From positions 1-57,197 of the IMG/VR virus record IMGVR_UViG_3300025759_000110: a stretch of DNA of 57,197 bases; one strand, written 5' to 3'. The notes beneath the pieces were generated by a model. The model saw only the letters and a program-made list of their open reading frames with translations, made no database searches and was not told where the DNA came from. Position numbers and translations under genes: made by a program. The stretch is from a virus (lineage: Duplodnaviria; Caudoviricetes). Positions 1 to 7,731 of this stretch are shown one piece after another (the stretch's first letter is position 1; every line of letters begins with the position of its first letter).

Positions 1-155
1 AAACAATTCAACAGTTCTGGCCCCTGTCCCTGCCGATGTATCATTGGCAGAACTACTTGAAACCTTTAAAACAGAGGCCGCAGATAAGTATGAGTATAAA
101 CCGCCTTGTTGCCATATAGTTTCTGTTACATTTGCAACTGCCGCATTGTTACCAA
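1..155. repeat. Terminal direct repeat, copy 1 (circular-assembly overlap with 57043-57197)
   Basis: Bases 1-155 match 57043-57197 except position 28 (C) versus 57070 (A). Implied unit genome length is 57042 bp. Confidence 0.95.
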
Positions 156-258
156 ACTTGTAAACTGCCTCGTGATAAGCAACCTGCCCACGAGCAACTT
201 GAAGCTCAAACGGCTCGCTAGTACCGACTCTGGATATAGAACTTACTTCACGAGCCAT
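1..258 (-). CDS. 5' part of a ~266-aa virion-associated protein spanning the contig junction (continues at 57042 down to 56500)
   Basis: ATG at 258 (MAREVSSISRVGTSEPFELQVARGQ...) reads in frame through the overlap into ORF 56500..57048 (258+543 = 801 nt). Confidence 0.8.
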   Translation of the reverse strand, partial: MAREVSSISRVGTSEPFELQVARGQVAYHEAVYKFGNNAAVANVTETIWQQGGLYSYLSAASVLKVSSSSANDTSAGTGARTVELF

Positions 259-268
259 AATTTACCCC

Positions 269-544
269 CTAACTATAGAAAATAGTCATAGCCGTGACGT
301 TTGTCGCAACAGAAACATACAGATCATTGGTAAACAAAACACCCTCGTCCGGAATGTTCACAGAGTGTGAATCCGATGCTAAAAAGTCGATGTCGAGAAC
401 AGTTGCGCCCCCGTTACCGTCTGTCAAAGTCAAACGACCCGCGCCAGCGCCTGTCAAAACCTGCACCTGACGAAGACGGTTGCGACCAATACTAGCCGCT
501 CCTGTCCCAGTCAGACGTTTTGTTTTTACGTCTGAATTAGCCAT
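269..544 (-). CDS. Small virion structural/hypothetical protein
   Basis: 91-aa beta-rich ORF, translationally coupled in the operon downstream of the capsid gene. Confidence 0.7.
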   Translation of the reverse strand: MANSDVKTKRLTGTGAASIGRNRLRQVQVLTGAGAGRLTLTDGNGGATVLDIDFLASDSHSVNIPDEGVLFTNDLYVSVATNVTAMTIFYS

Positions 545-756
545 TATTTGCTCTCCGCTTTCTTCGTTGTTTTCTTAGCAACTTTTTTGGGAGCAGCTTT
601 TTTTACAGGTTTTTCCACCCACGCCTCGTTGACGTCTGGCGTCGAAGGATCATCAGCCTTCAAAGTGCCGTCGTCATTACGTGCGCGAACTTTTTCGACC
701 TTAATGCCGCGAGCTGCTAGTTCTTCATCAGAAGGTGGACGAAACCGATTACTCAT
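544..756 (-). CDS. Hypothetical protein with Lys/Ala-rich C-terminus
   Basis: 70 aa, coupled to neighbours, tail KKAAPKKVAKKTTKK. Confidence 0.65.
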   Translation of the reverse strand: MSNRFRPPSDEELAARGIKVEKVRARNDDGTLKADDPSTPDVNEAWVEKPVKKAAPKKVAKKTTKKAESK

Positions 757-767
757 GTTTCACCCCC

Positions 768-1010
768 TTACGCTGAAGCGGTAGCGCCAGTATCTACACG
801 AATCCAGTTGGAACCGTCAGAAAACACTAAGTTGCCAGTGCCGTTACCGGTTGTTTCAGAAGCTTTTAACGCGTCAGAAGCATAAAGAACGGTGCCCGCA
901 CCCGCTGAAGCAGCGGCAGGAAGTGTAGCAACAGTGTATGATGGAACTTTGATGTCGCCGACAAAACCATTTGTGGATGTCACTGGACCATTAAAGGTAG
1001 TTGATGCCAT
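768..1010 (-). CDS. Small virion protein (possible capsid decoration/fibre)
   Basis: 80 aa, MASTTFNGPV..., AAGGGG RBS, lies directly after the MCP terminator. Confidence 0.7.
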   Translation of the reverse strand: MASTTFNGPVTSTNGFVGDIKVPSYTVATLPAAASAGAGTVLYASDALKASETTGNGTGNLVFSDGSNWIRVDTGATASA

Positions 1011-1019
1011 GGTATATTA

Positions 1020-1105
1020 CCCCTTGCACAAGGTTTCGCCTCGTAGTCTGTGCAACGTCAGGAGGGCAGATACCTGTCTACGAAGCTAATATGTTACGCC
1101 CTGCC
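1020..1105 (-). ncRNA. Putative structured cis-regulatory 5' leader of 768..1010
   Basis: Interleaved complementary segments GCUUCGUAG/CUACGAGGC, UUGCACA/UGUGCAA, CAGG/CCUG and GGCAG/CUGCC. A TATAGT -10-like box lies just upstream. Confidence 0.45.
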
Positions 1106-1127
1106 AAAACTATAGCCCAGCTTTAAA

Positions 1128-1158
1128 CAAAAAGAAAGGGGCCACATAAGTGGCCCCT
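1128..1158 (-). terminator. Intrinsic terminator after the major capsid gene
   Basis: AGGGGCCAC-TTAT-GTGGCCCCT followed by TTCTTTTT on the minus strand. Confidence 0.85.
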
Positions 1159-1215
1159 AGTTTGTATTCAGGGAGGTGGTTTATGAAAAAAAAACCAATT
1201 CCCTTATAACACAAA

Positions 1216-2124
1216 TTACGCTGCGCCGGGAGTCCCGAATACACAACGCCAGTCAGAAACGCCGAAGCTGTAACGCTCACGCGCTTTAAAGCGCATGTTA
1301 CCGGTGTCAAAATCACCTTCCATTGCCGTTTTAATTGGCGAACGGTTGAAATATTTGAAGCCGTTTGGAGCGTCAGTCTTAATGAAGAATGCGTCTGTGT
1401 CTGTTAGGAAGTGGTTAACCACTGCACCTTCAGGCAACATACCCATTGCTTTCATCGCGTTCAGATCGTTGTCCGCTGTACCAGAGCGCAGGTTCGAGTT
1501 GATAACTCGCTCTGCGATGAACTGAAGCTCTTTCGGGATGATTAGCTTCATACCGCGAACCGCAATCTTTAGACCACGTTCGTCTGTCAAACCTGCGATA
1601 TCAATCAACATCTGCTCAAGCGAAGTTTCGTTCAAGTCAGCCGCTGTTGTTAGCAGGTTGCGCTGGTTACCCGATAGAGATGGGTGTGCGCTTGAGCAAA
1701 GTGCTGCACCGTCGCCGACTGGGCTGCTTGTGCTGAACGCGTTGTTCAGGATAGACGCAGCTTTAATCTGCTTGGTCTGCGCCATAGAGCGAGCCAATGC
1801 TTTGGTGTAGCGTGATGCAAGACGATCATAAAGGTTATCTTCGATAGCCTCCTCAGTGATCGAAAACGCCAACGCGATGGTTTCGTGTGTGTAACGAGCT
1901 GTGTAGGTTTCCTGCGCCTCGTCAAAACTGATGGCTCCGCCTTCAGATTTTGTCGGTGCTGTAGAAAAGCCCCCAAGCATAACTTCTTCTTCGAATGCAC
2001 GGTCAGATGACTCTTCTTCGAAAACTTCAGAATGCTCATTCTCGTAACGGTTATATTCAAGGCCGAACAAGGCATTAAGGCCGGGTTCCAGCTCTTTCGC
2101 TAATTGTGCGCGAGAGATAGCCAT
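1216..2124 (-). CDS. Major capsid protein
   Basis: 302 aa. MAISRAQLAKELEPGLNALFGLEY...KARERYSFG is typical of marine podophage MCPs. It lies after the scaffold gene and before a strong terminator. Confidence 0.9.
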   Translation of the reverse strand: MAISRAQLAKELEPGLNALFGLEYNRYENEHSEVFEEESSDRAFEEEVMLGGFSTAPTKSEGGAISFDEAQETYTARYTHETIALAFSITEEAIEDNLYDRLASRYTKALARSMAQTKQIKAASILNNAFSTSSPVGDGAALCSSAHPSLSGNQRNLLTTAADLNETSLEQMLIDIAGLTDERGLKIAVRGMKLIIPKELQFIAERVINSNLRSGTADNDLNAMKAMGMLPEGAVVNHFLTDTDAFFIKTDAPNGFKYFNRSPIKTAMEGDFDTGNMRFKARERYSFGVSDWRCVFGTPGAA

Positions 2125-2138
2125 TGATTAAGCCCTCC

Positions 2139-2789
2139 TTACAAGCCTGTGGAATCCGCGGTGGTTTGAGAATCAAACCGGCGAGTTCCAGCGTTAAAGT
2201 GTGCGTTCAGACGAACGATAAGCGGAATACCAGCGGCTGTATAGTCGCTGTTTGCTTCGTCATCCATGATGCCAACGATACGAAGAGGCAATGTTGCCGT
2301 CACCGCAATTGACGAAACACTCAATGCAGAGTTTGACGAACCCGTATTGGTAGAACCAGTACGAGCTGACGTACCTAGAGACGCGTTAGCGAATACACCT
2401 GCCAAAGCAGTTGCGCGGTCAGTCAGAGAAGCGTCAGACGCTACTTTAAAGAGTTGGTTAGGGTTGTCAGCTACAAACGCCTTGACAGGGTAGTTTGTGT
2501 CTACGCTGACTGAACCTGAACCGGGCCAGTAGTTTAGCCATACAGGTTTTTTCTGTACGGAATCATGATACTCCACACCCATCAGGACACCAAGCGCCTG
2601 CGTAGTACCACCGTTTGTGGCACCAGCATAGTCGATAACGCCGCTCGCAGTTGGAACAACGATACCGTACTGGTAAATCGCATTGGTGTTGTTAGAAGCG
2701 ATCTCATACTGGGTTACACCAGTTGAGTTTGCACCGCTGCCAACAAGCCCGATAGGACGAAGACCGTAGGCTGTCGATTGGTTAGCCAT
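2139..2789 (-). CDS. Minor capsid/head structural protein
   Basis: 216 aa, Gly/Ser/Thr-rich, immediately upstream of MCP. Confidence 0.7.
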   Translation of the reverse strand: MANQSTAYGLRPIGLVGSGANSTGVTQYEIASNNTNAIYQYGIVVPTASGVIDYAGATNGGTTQALGVLMGVEYHDSVQKKPVWLNYWPGSGSVSVDTNYPVKAFVADNPNQLFKVASDASLTDRATALAGVFANASLGTSARTGSTNTGSSNSALSVSSIAVTATLPLRIVGIMDDEANSDYTAAGIPLIVRLNAHFNAGTRRFDSQTTADSTGL

Positions 2790-2815
2790 TGTTTCTTTCT
2801 CCTATTGGGGTAGCC

Positions 2816-3283
2816 CTATCTTTTGGGGCCACCGAAGGTTACACGAGATTGACGGTCAGGCTTGCTGATCGTCATGGTTGAATGTGCATTCTCGCGCATC
2901 ATGTCAGAATCAACAGCTTGCATTTGGTCCTGATTGCGTTGTGCAAAATATTCAGAACGCTCTGCTACAGTTTCCTCTGGAATACGAGCGAGAAGCAGTC
3001 CGCCTACTCCAAACACACCTTGGTATTTACCTGAATCGACAACTGGCGCTTCAAAATCAGGATACTCGTCCTTACGAACCAGTTCCCAACCTTCGCGCAT
3101 TTTCGCACTAATGTTCTTCGTGTCATCAAAACCACGCGTTTCCGCGCGAATCCAACGATGCTTGAAGCCATCAGGGGCAGGCGGTGCATCTAACATTGAC
3201 GGGGGAGCCCAAGGCTTACGAACGGCCTGTTTCTCCCGGGTTTGGTTAGCGCGAGAAGTTCGATTTATACTTTGTTCAGTCAT
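2816..3283 (-). CDS. Conserved head-module hypothetical protein
   Basis: 155 aa with WAPPSMLDAPPAPDGFKHRWIR...EGWE motif, between scaffold and capsid genes. Confidence 0.75.
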   Translation of the reverse strand: MTEQSINRTSRANQTREKQAVRKPWAPPSMLDAPPAPDGFKHRWIRAETRGFDDTKNISAKMREGWELVRKDEYPDFEAPVVDSGKYQGVFGVGGLLLARIPEETVAERSEYFAQRNQDQMQAVDSDMMRENAHSTMTISKPDRQSRVTFGGPKR

Positions 3284-3287
3284 GCTC

Positions 3288-4154
3288 TTACTCCTTCACG
3301 TATTTCGCATATTCTTCTAGCGGCACACCCAATTTCTTCGCAATAGCGACTTGGCTCGGGGTGAGTCGAACCTTTTTCCCACTGCGCCCAGTATTTGAAG
3401 TTCTCGAAGCACCAACAACCGTCTGAGCGGCACGTTTATTGGCACTTTTCCCACCATTTCCGAACTTGTCGGATATACGGCGGTCGAGTTCAGTATAGTA
3501 GTCATCGCTCTGTGGGTCAAATCCTTCGTCTTCGACGAGCTTTTTGTGTATCCCAAAAGCGGCATAGGTCATGGCTTCGTCTTGACCAAACCATGAGTTT
3601 TTCAACGCCCACTGTTCCGCCTTTGGATCAGGCCGACGCGGTTGTTGTGCAGGCATTGGTTGTTGCGCGGGCTGTCGCGCCGCAGCTTGCTGTTGCTGCG
3701 CATAACGCTCTTGCTGTACTTTAGCTTGCTGCGCACGGTCTGCTTGAATAGCCAAATTTGTCAGCTTACGCTGCGCTTCTACCGTTTTCTTAGAATCTCC
3801 AACCTCAATAGCACGAGCCAACTCGTTTTCAGCTTGCTGGATTTCAGTATTAACGCGGTTGGTGTACTCATTAACATAGTTTGTATCCATGCTGCTCATG
3901 CGCTGCTTGAGCGTTTGAGCCTCAGTCTGTACAGCTTGCGCGTATTTAAGGGCTTCCTGCTCACGGCGTTCAGCTTCGCGCATTTTTTTTGTCAAACGGT
4001 CAATACGCTTTTGCGTAGCATTTTCCGCCCGACGGAAATTCTCATCGGAGCCACCATCGTCTTCAGCTTCAGCGCCTTGCGCCTCTACCTCAACTTCGGT
4101 TTCCTCTCCTTCAAAATCAAGTTCTACCTGATCTTCGTCTCTTACTTCGTTCAT
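3288..4154 (-). CDS. Capsid scaffolding protein (putative)
   Basis: 288 aa; acidic N-terminus, long coiled coil, C-terminal AIAKKLGVPLEEYAKY helix; position in head module. Confidence 0.75.
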   Translation of the reverse strand: MNEVRDEDQVELDFEGEETEVEVEAQGAEAEDDGGSDENFRRAENATQKRIDRLTKKMREAERREQEALKYAQAVQTEAQTLKQRMSSMDTNYVNEYTNRVNTEIQQAENELARAIEVGDSKKTVEAQRKLTNLAIQADRAQQAKVQQERYAQQQQAAARQPAQQPMPAQQPRRPDPKAEQWALKNSWFGQDEAMTYAAFGIHKKLVEDEGFDPQSDDYYTELDRRISDKFGNGGKSANKRAAQTVVGASRTSNTGRSGKKVRLTPSQVAIAKKLGVPLEEYAKYVKE

Positions 4155-4163
4155 GATGCACCT

Positions 4164-4649
4164 TTATAAATGATGGATGTCTTCTGGGTCCAGAATTTGA
4201 GCCAATATCTCGTCATCGTTGAGAATACGGACTTCTCCGCCATCGATCTGAAAGCGCGAACCAGCATAGCGAGCAAACATTACCCACTGCTTTTCTTCAC
4301 ACCACGGACCGGACGGAAACTTTTCGGTGTCTTTGTATGCCAAAGGACCGACTTTTAGGACATATCCTACCTGCGTGGAAATGTTGCTTTTCTCCTGCAC
4401 TTCGCTTGGAATGTAAATTCCGCCCGCAGTTTTAGCTTTTCCTTGGTAGGGGAGGATCAAGATACGCCAACCAGTCGGGTTGGGCATACGATCCAGAAGA
4501 CTTGCGCCAATCGCATCAGGATTAAGACGAGGTTTTTCGACGTAAGCGTCGGCGATACTGAGCTTTTCTGGCTCGTTATCGGTGGTTTTTGCCATTGCAG
4601 CTACGCCTTCGGCGGCAGCCTTTAAGTCAATTTTTGCTGACTCAGTCAT
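4164..4649 (-). CDS. groES: GroES/Cpn10-like co-chaperonin
   Basis: PTGWRILI...KTAGGIYIP mobile loop...VLKVGP...FARYAG...RILNDDEILA. Confidence 0.9.
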   Translation of the reverse strand: MTESAKIDLKAAAEGVAAMAKTTDNEPEKLSIADAYVEKPRLNPDAIGASLLDRMPNPTGWRILILPYQGKAKTAGGIYIPSEVQEKSNISTQVGYVLKVGPLAYKDTEKFPSGPWCEEKQWVMFARYAGSRFQIDGGEVRILNDDEILAQILDPEDIHHL

Positions 4650-4839
4650 CAGATAGCTCCTGTTTATCTAGCAGGCCCTTGAGTTCCTGTTCCACGTGAT
4701 TTAGGCATTCAAGGTTGCCCATAAGCTCACGATAATGCTCCATAGACTTTACGTTTCCATTAATCATAAAGTCCTGACAGCCTTGGCGGCGTTCACGGAT
4801 AATCCGAAACACCGCCTCGGCTATATATATTTCATTCAT
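4642..4839 (-). CDS. Conserved hypothetical protein
   Basis: 65 aa, GAGG RBS, overlaps the groES start. Confidence 0.7.
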   Translation of the reverse strand: MNEIYIAEAVFRIIRERRQGCQDFMINGNVKSMEHYRELMGNLECLNHVEQELKGLLDKQELSDD

Positions 4840-4844
4840 CCAGC

Positions 4845-4895
4845 CCTCGCATATTATCGAACATTATTCGATAACATCCTAGCATCTCTTATATG
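4845..4895. promoter_or_regulatory. 10-bp-phased TCGCATA-like boxes upstream of the head-assembly operon
   Basis: TCGCATA-TTA-TCGAACA-TTA-TTCGATA in the intergenic gap. Confidence 0.45.
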
Positions 4896-4896
4896 C

Positions 4897-5535
4897 TTAC
4901 ATCAACCACTTATAAATTTTTTTGGTTTTGTCCAAGCGATCATCAAGGCCGTGAGTGCCGCCGTTCACACGACGTGTGATTTCAGTAATGACGTCGTCGT
5001 TTACCCCTTTGTCTGCGATCTTAAACAAGCCGTTACGCTGAAAAAACCAAAAGGCGCTTTCAAAAGCATATTCTGTAGCCACCAAATCAGGGTCTTTCAT
5101 AACGTCTGGTAAGCGCATTTCCGCCGCAAACTTACGGTAATTTGTCCGACCGGTGCATTGTAAAAATCCACGGCCTCGCCAGCGCCAGCCATCGCCATCT
5201 TCGGTATTACCAAGAGCGCCACCTTTTGATCTGTTTTTATCCATATAAACGTAATTGGCGATCTTCTCTGGATTACGTGCGTAATCTGCGGCATTTTCTT
5301 TGCCTTCGCCAAAGTAACGACGGAACACACGGTTTAAAGCGTCTTCCGAATAGTTAAGGTTTTCTTCGGTTAGTTTGAAAAAACCGCTTTCGTGAGCAGA
5401 CTGTCCAAGTAAGTGCGCTGCGCGTTCCGGCGACAATTCGTACTGTTTTGCAATAGCTTTCGCCGTGTTTGGGCCAAAAGCACCGTCCGGTGTCGCCCCA
5501 CAACGAGCTTGCAAAGCTTTCATTGCTGCGCTCAT
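4897..5535 (-). CDS. Endolysin, glycoside hydrolase family 19, with N-terminal peptidoglycan-binding-like segment
   Basis: HESG, ENLNYS, RGRGFLQCTGRTNY and RRVNGG motifs; N-terminal DGAFGPNT. Confidence 0.9.
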   Translation of the reverse strand: MSAAMKALQARCGATPDGAFGPNTAKAIAKQYELSPERAAHLLGQSAHESGFFKLTEENLNYSEDALNRVFRRYFGEGKENAADYARNPEKIANYVYMDKNRSKGGALGNTEDGDGWRWRGRGFLQCTGRTNYRKFAAEMRLPDVMKDPDLVATEYAFESAFWFFQRNGLFKIADKGVNDDVITEITRRVNGGTHGLDDRLDKTKKIYKWLM

Positions 5536-5897
5536 TTCATATCTCCCTTCATATCAAGCATTCCCTCGTGGTCACGATTGATGTATTTGAGTTCGTTTTC
5601 TAGTAGCGCGACGCGTTGTTGAAGTGTAGTAATTGCTTTTATCGTAGAAGCAAGCTGTTCATGGTCTTCCCAAATTTCTTCGGTTTCATTCCACAGATAC
5701 TCAATCTCCATAAACGCGTCTTTGACGTCACGCTTCAAATTGACGTTATCTTCAATAGCCATCTTAGACCCAAGTTGGCTAACAGTTTCTTCTAAACTTG
5801 CAACAGTTGCGGCCTGTTGTGATACCCACCAGACACCGCCAGCAAGTTGCACAGCCATCGCCGCCACAAGAGCTATAGGTACTTTAAGGTTATCCAT
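5532..5897 (-). CDS. Membrane-anchored coiled-coil protein (lysis module)
   Basis: N-terminal hydrophobic helix followed by a coiled coil, between holin and endolysin. Confidence 0.6.
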   Translation of the reverse strand: MDNLKVPIALVAAMAVQLAGGVWWVSQQAATVASLEETVSQLGSKMAIEDNVNLKRDVKDAFMEIEYLWNETEEIWEDHEQLASTIKAITTLQQRVALLENELKYINRDHEGMLDMKGDMK

Positions 5898-6286
5898 TAT
5901 TTTTTACCGCCAAAGAATTTGGTAGCTGACCTTACGGCAAAGCTACTAGCTACGATTACACCCAACGTATATTGATACCACTCCGGCATCTGCTCCAAAG
6001 CTGCAAAGCCTTCTGCTACCGTGGTGCGGCCCCAATCTCCTGTAAAACAGAGAATTAACGGGATCGAAAAGAGTAGAACGAGGTATTCGTCTTTCCACGA
6101 GTTCATGGTGCCCTGCGCCATGATCTTTTCCCACTCCGCCTCAGACGTAGCGGCAGACTTCATTATGGTCGCTTTCGCTTCCGCCTCCACGAGCTTTAGG
6201 TTAGCCGCCGCTGCTTGTGCGTCTGCTTTACCCTTGAGCCAGCCCCCCGCCAGCTCAGTTAGAGGTCCGATTAGAGCCTGTAGCAT
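5897..6286 (-). CDS. Holin (3TM, GTA-holin-like)
   Basis: Likely start MLQALIG; SWKDEY-hydrophobic helix and PEWYQYTLGVIVASSF pattern. Confidence 0.7.
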   Translation of the reverse strand: MLQALIGPLTELAGGWLKGKADAQAAAANLKLVEAEAKATIMKSAATSEAEWEKIMAQGTMNSWKDEYLVLLFSIPLILCFTGDWGRTTVAEGFAALEQMPEWYQYTLGVIVASSFAVRSATKFFGGKK

Positions 6287-6587
6287 TCTTAGCCTCCATT
6301 GCGTTAAATCCAAAATATGCTGCGGTTACACCCGAAACAGACACCACATAAACCGCCGCAATGTCCGCAATCAAAGTCGCTGCGTCATTCAAGCCCATCA
6401 AAGAGGAAAATAAAATTACGAGGGGATATAAAACCATGCCCGATAGGGCAAACCAAGTCATGTTTCGTTGCGCATCACGCTTTGCGTCCGCGTCTTCCAT
6501 TCTACGACGACGGTCTTCCAGCATGATCTCCCGTTCATCTGGATCGATTTTACCGTTGCCGTTTAAGTCATAGTCTTCCTTAGTCAT
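6255..6587 (-). CDS. Membrane protein with two TM helices and an EF-hand-like N-terminus
   Basis: DLNGNGKIDPDE loop followed by two hydrophobic segments. Confidence 0.65.
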   Translation of the reverse strand: MTKEDYDLNGNGKIDPDEREIMLEDRRRRMEDADAKRDAQRNMTWFALSGMVLYPLVILFSSLMGLNDAATLIADIAAVYVVSVSGVTAAYFGFNAMEAKNATGSNRTSN

Positions 6588-6750
6588 CCAAGTACCTTTC
6601 GGCTATACGCTTATGCGTGGTCAGTATAATGATTTTTCCGTTTTTGTCATATACAACATATTGACCCAGCTTATTCGAGCGTAACTTGGAGGCAGAAAAG
6701 CCCGGAGTTTTGGTGTTTTCTGAGGACTTTTGCTTCTGCTTTTTGGTCAT
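6580..6750 (-). CDS. Small hypothetical protein (not in ORF track)
   Basis: 56-aa ORF ending YVVYDKNGKIIILTTHKRIAERYLDD; start uncertain. Confidence 0.35.
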   Translation of the reverse strand: MTKKQKQKSSENTKTPGFSASKLRSNKLGQYVVYDKNGKIIILTTHKRIAERYLDD

Positions 6751-6835
6751 AACATGCGTCTTCAGTAGGAAATGTACCTAATTGATAATACTCCATGTTG
6801 CCGTTTAAAAGATGTATCCAGACCAAAACCCACAT
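6671..6835 (-). CDS. Small hypothetical protein with hydrophobic N-terminus and two Cys (not in ORF track)
   Basis: 54 aa MWVLVWIHLLNGNMEYYQLGTFPTEDAC...FCLQVTLE; TAATG coupling to the upstream stop. Confidence 0.55.
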   Translation of the reverse strand: MWVLVWIHLLNGNMEYYQLGTFPTEDACYDQKAEAKVLRKHQNSGLFCLQVTLE

Positions 6836-7308
6836 TACCAACGACCTTGATTTTTACCAATCACCCAAATGACGAAACTCATAATGACGATGCCTATCGC
6901 TGCGGCTAAAATACCCACGATCCACTCAATAATTTTGCGTTTCAACTCTTCTTTACGATAAAGCTCTTCTTTGCGCTGCTTACGCATTTTAGCCTCAATA
7001 GACAGCACTTCTTCCCAAGCAGACGGCCCATAGTGCCAGCTAATATAGCTTTTTATCTCCTTGCGCATATTTTCCATTTTCTTTTTCTGCGCAAATATCT
7101 CTAAAGCAGTCTCCTCATCCGAACCTTTAAAGGAATACCACGGAGGATTCTTACTTTTCTCTTCTGCGTAGTTAAAATCGGAAAACGCCTTACCCCATTG
7201 GGAAAGCTGACCTGTCATGTCTTGGAGGTCGCGGCCCACAGATATGCCATGCTTAATCGCGTTAAACGCGCTCGTGGCAATTCCTGCCGCTGTAATGGGA
7301 TCAATCAT
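6835..7308 (-). CDS. Hypothetical protein with C-terminal TM helix
   Basis: 157 aa MIDPITAAGIA..., GGGAG RBS. Confidence 0.7.
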   Translation of the reverse strand: MIDPITAAGIATSAFNAIKHGISVGRDLQDMTGQLSQWGKAFSDFNYAEEKSKNPPWYSFKGSDEETALEIFAQKKKMENMRKEIKSYISWHYGPSAWEEVLSIEAKMRKQRKEELYRKEELKRKIIEWIVGILAAAIGIVIMSFVIWVIGKNQGRW

Positions 7309-7358
7309 AAAAAGCTACTCCCGTAAGACAGGAATAACTTATCACAAAATTACATAAC

Positions 7359-7562
7359 TTAGAACACGCCTTGAAACCGCTGCGGTCGGGCAATCGGGCT
7401 AAAACCCTTCACCACGCCACCTCGCGCCATACGCGTTGCCTTGTCTTCGCCAGCTTTAGACAGAGCAATCGCCACCGCTTGGTTCTGCGGATAGCCCTCA
7501 TCCTTTAGCTTAGAGATGTTGCTGCTTATCGTTTTCTGGCTTTTACCCTTTTTCAAAGGCAT
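7359..7562 (-). CDS. Small basic protein
   Basis: 67 aa from [16 protein letters not shown]; contains MARGGVV. Confidence 0.65.
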   Translation of the reverse strand: MPLKKGKSQKTISSNISKLKDEGYPQNQAVAIALSKAGEDKATRMARGGVVKGFSPIARPQRFQGVF

Positions 7563-7563
7563 C

Positions 7564-7731
7564 TTAGCAACCCATGTGCATGGTGCCTTTAATTGCAGCA
7601 CCCGTACCACGCGTTTTTACCTTGCGCATCTTGTCGCCAGCCATCGGAGCAGGCTTTTGCTTGCCAACCATCTCTGGCTTTGGAGCATCCTTCGGCGCAG
7701 AGCCGTTCACTTTTACTTTACGATTTTTCAT
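7564..7731 (-). CDS. Small basic protein (not in ORF track)
   Basis: 55 aa [10 protein letters not shown]...[17 protein letters not shown]; ATGA overlap with the portal stop. Confidence 0.6.
   Translation of the reverse strand: MKNRKVKVNGSAPKDAPKPEMVGKQKPAPMAGDKMRKVKTRGTGAAIKGTMHMGC

Noticed and set aside
1-155. Terminal repeat as a biological direct terminal repeat
   Set aside because: It falls mid-gene, and the exact match after the single synonymous mismatch is 127 bp, a common assembler k-mer. It is best explained as circular-assembly overlap plus a population SNP.
1020-1105. Hammerhead or HDV-like ribozyme call
   Set aside because: CUGACG and GAAAC are present, but the CUGANGA core and helix order do not fit; kept only as an unclassified structured RNA.
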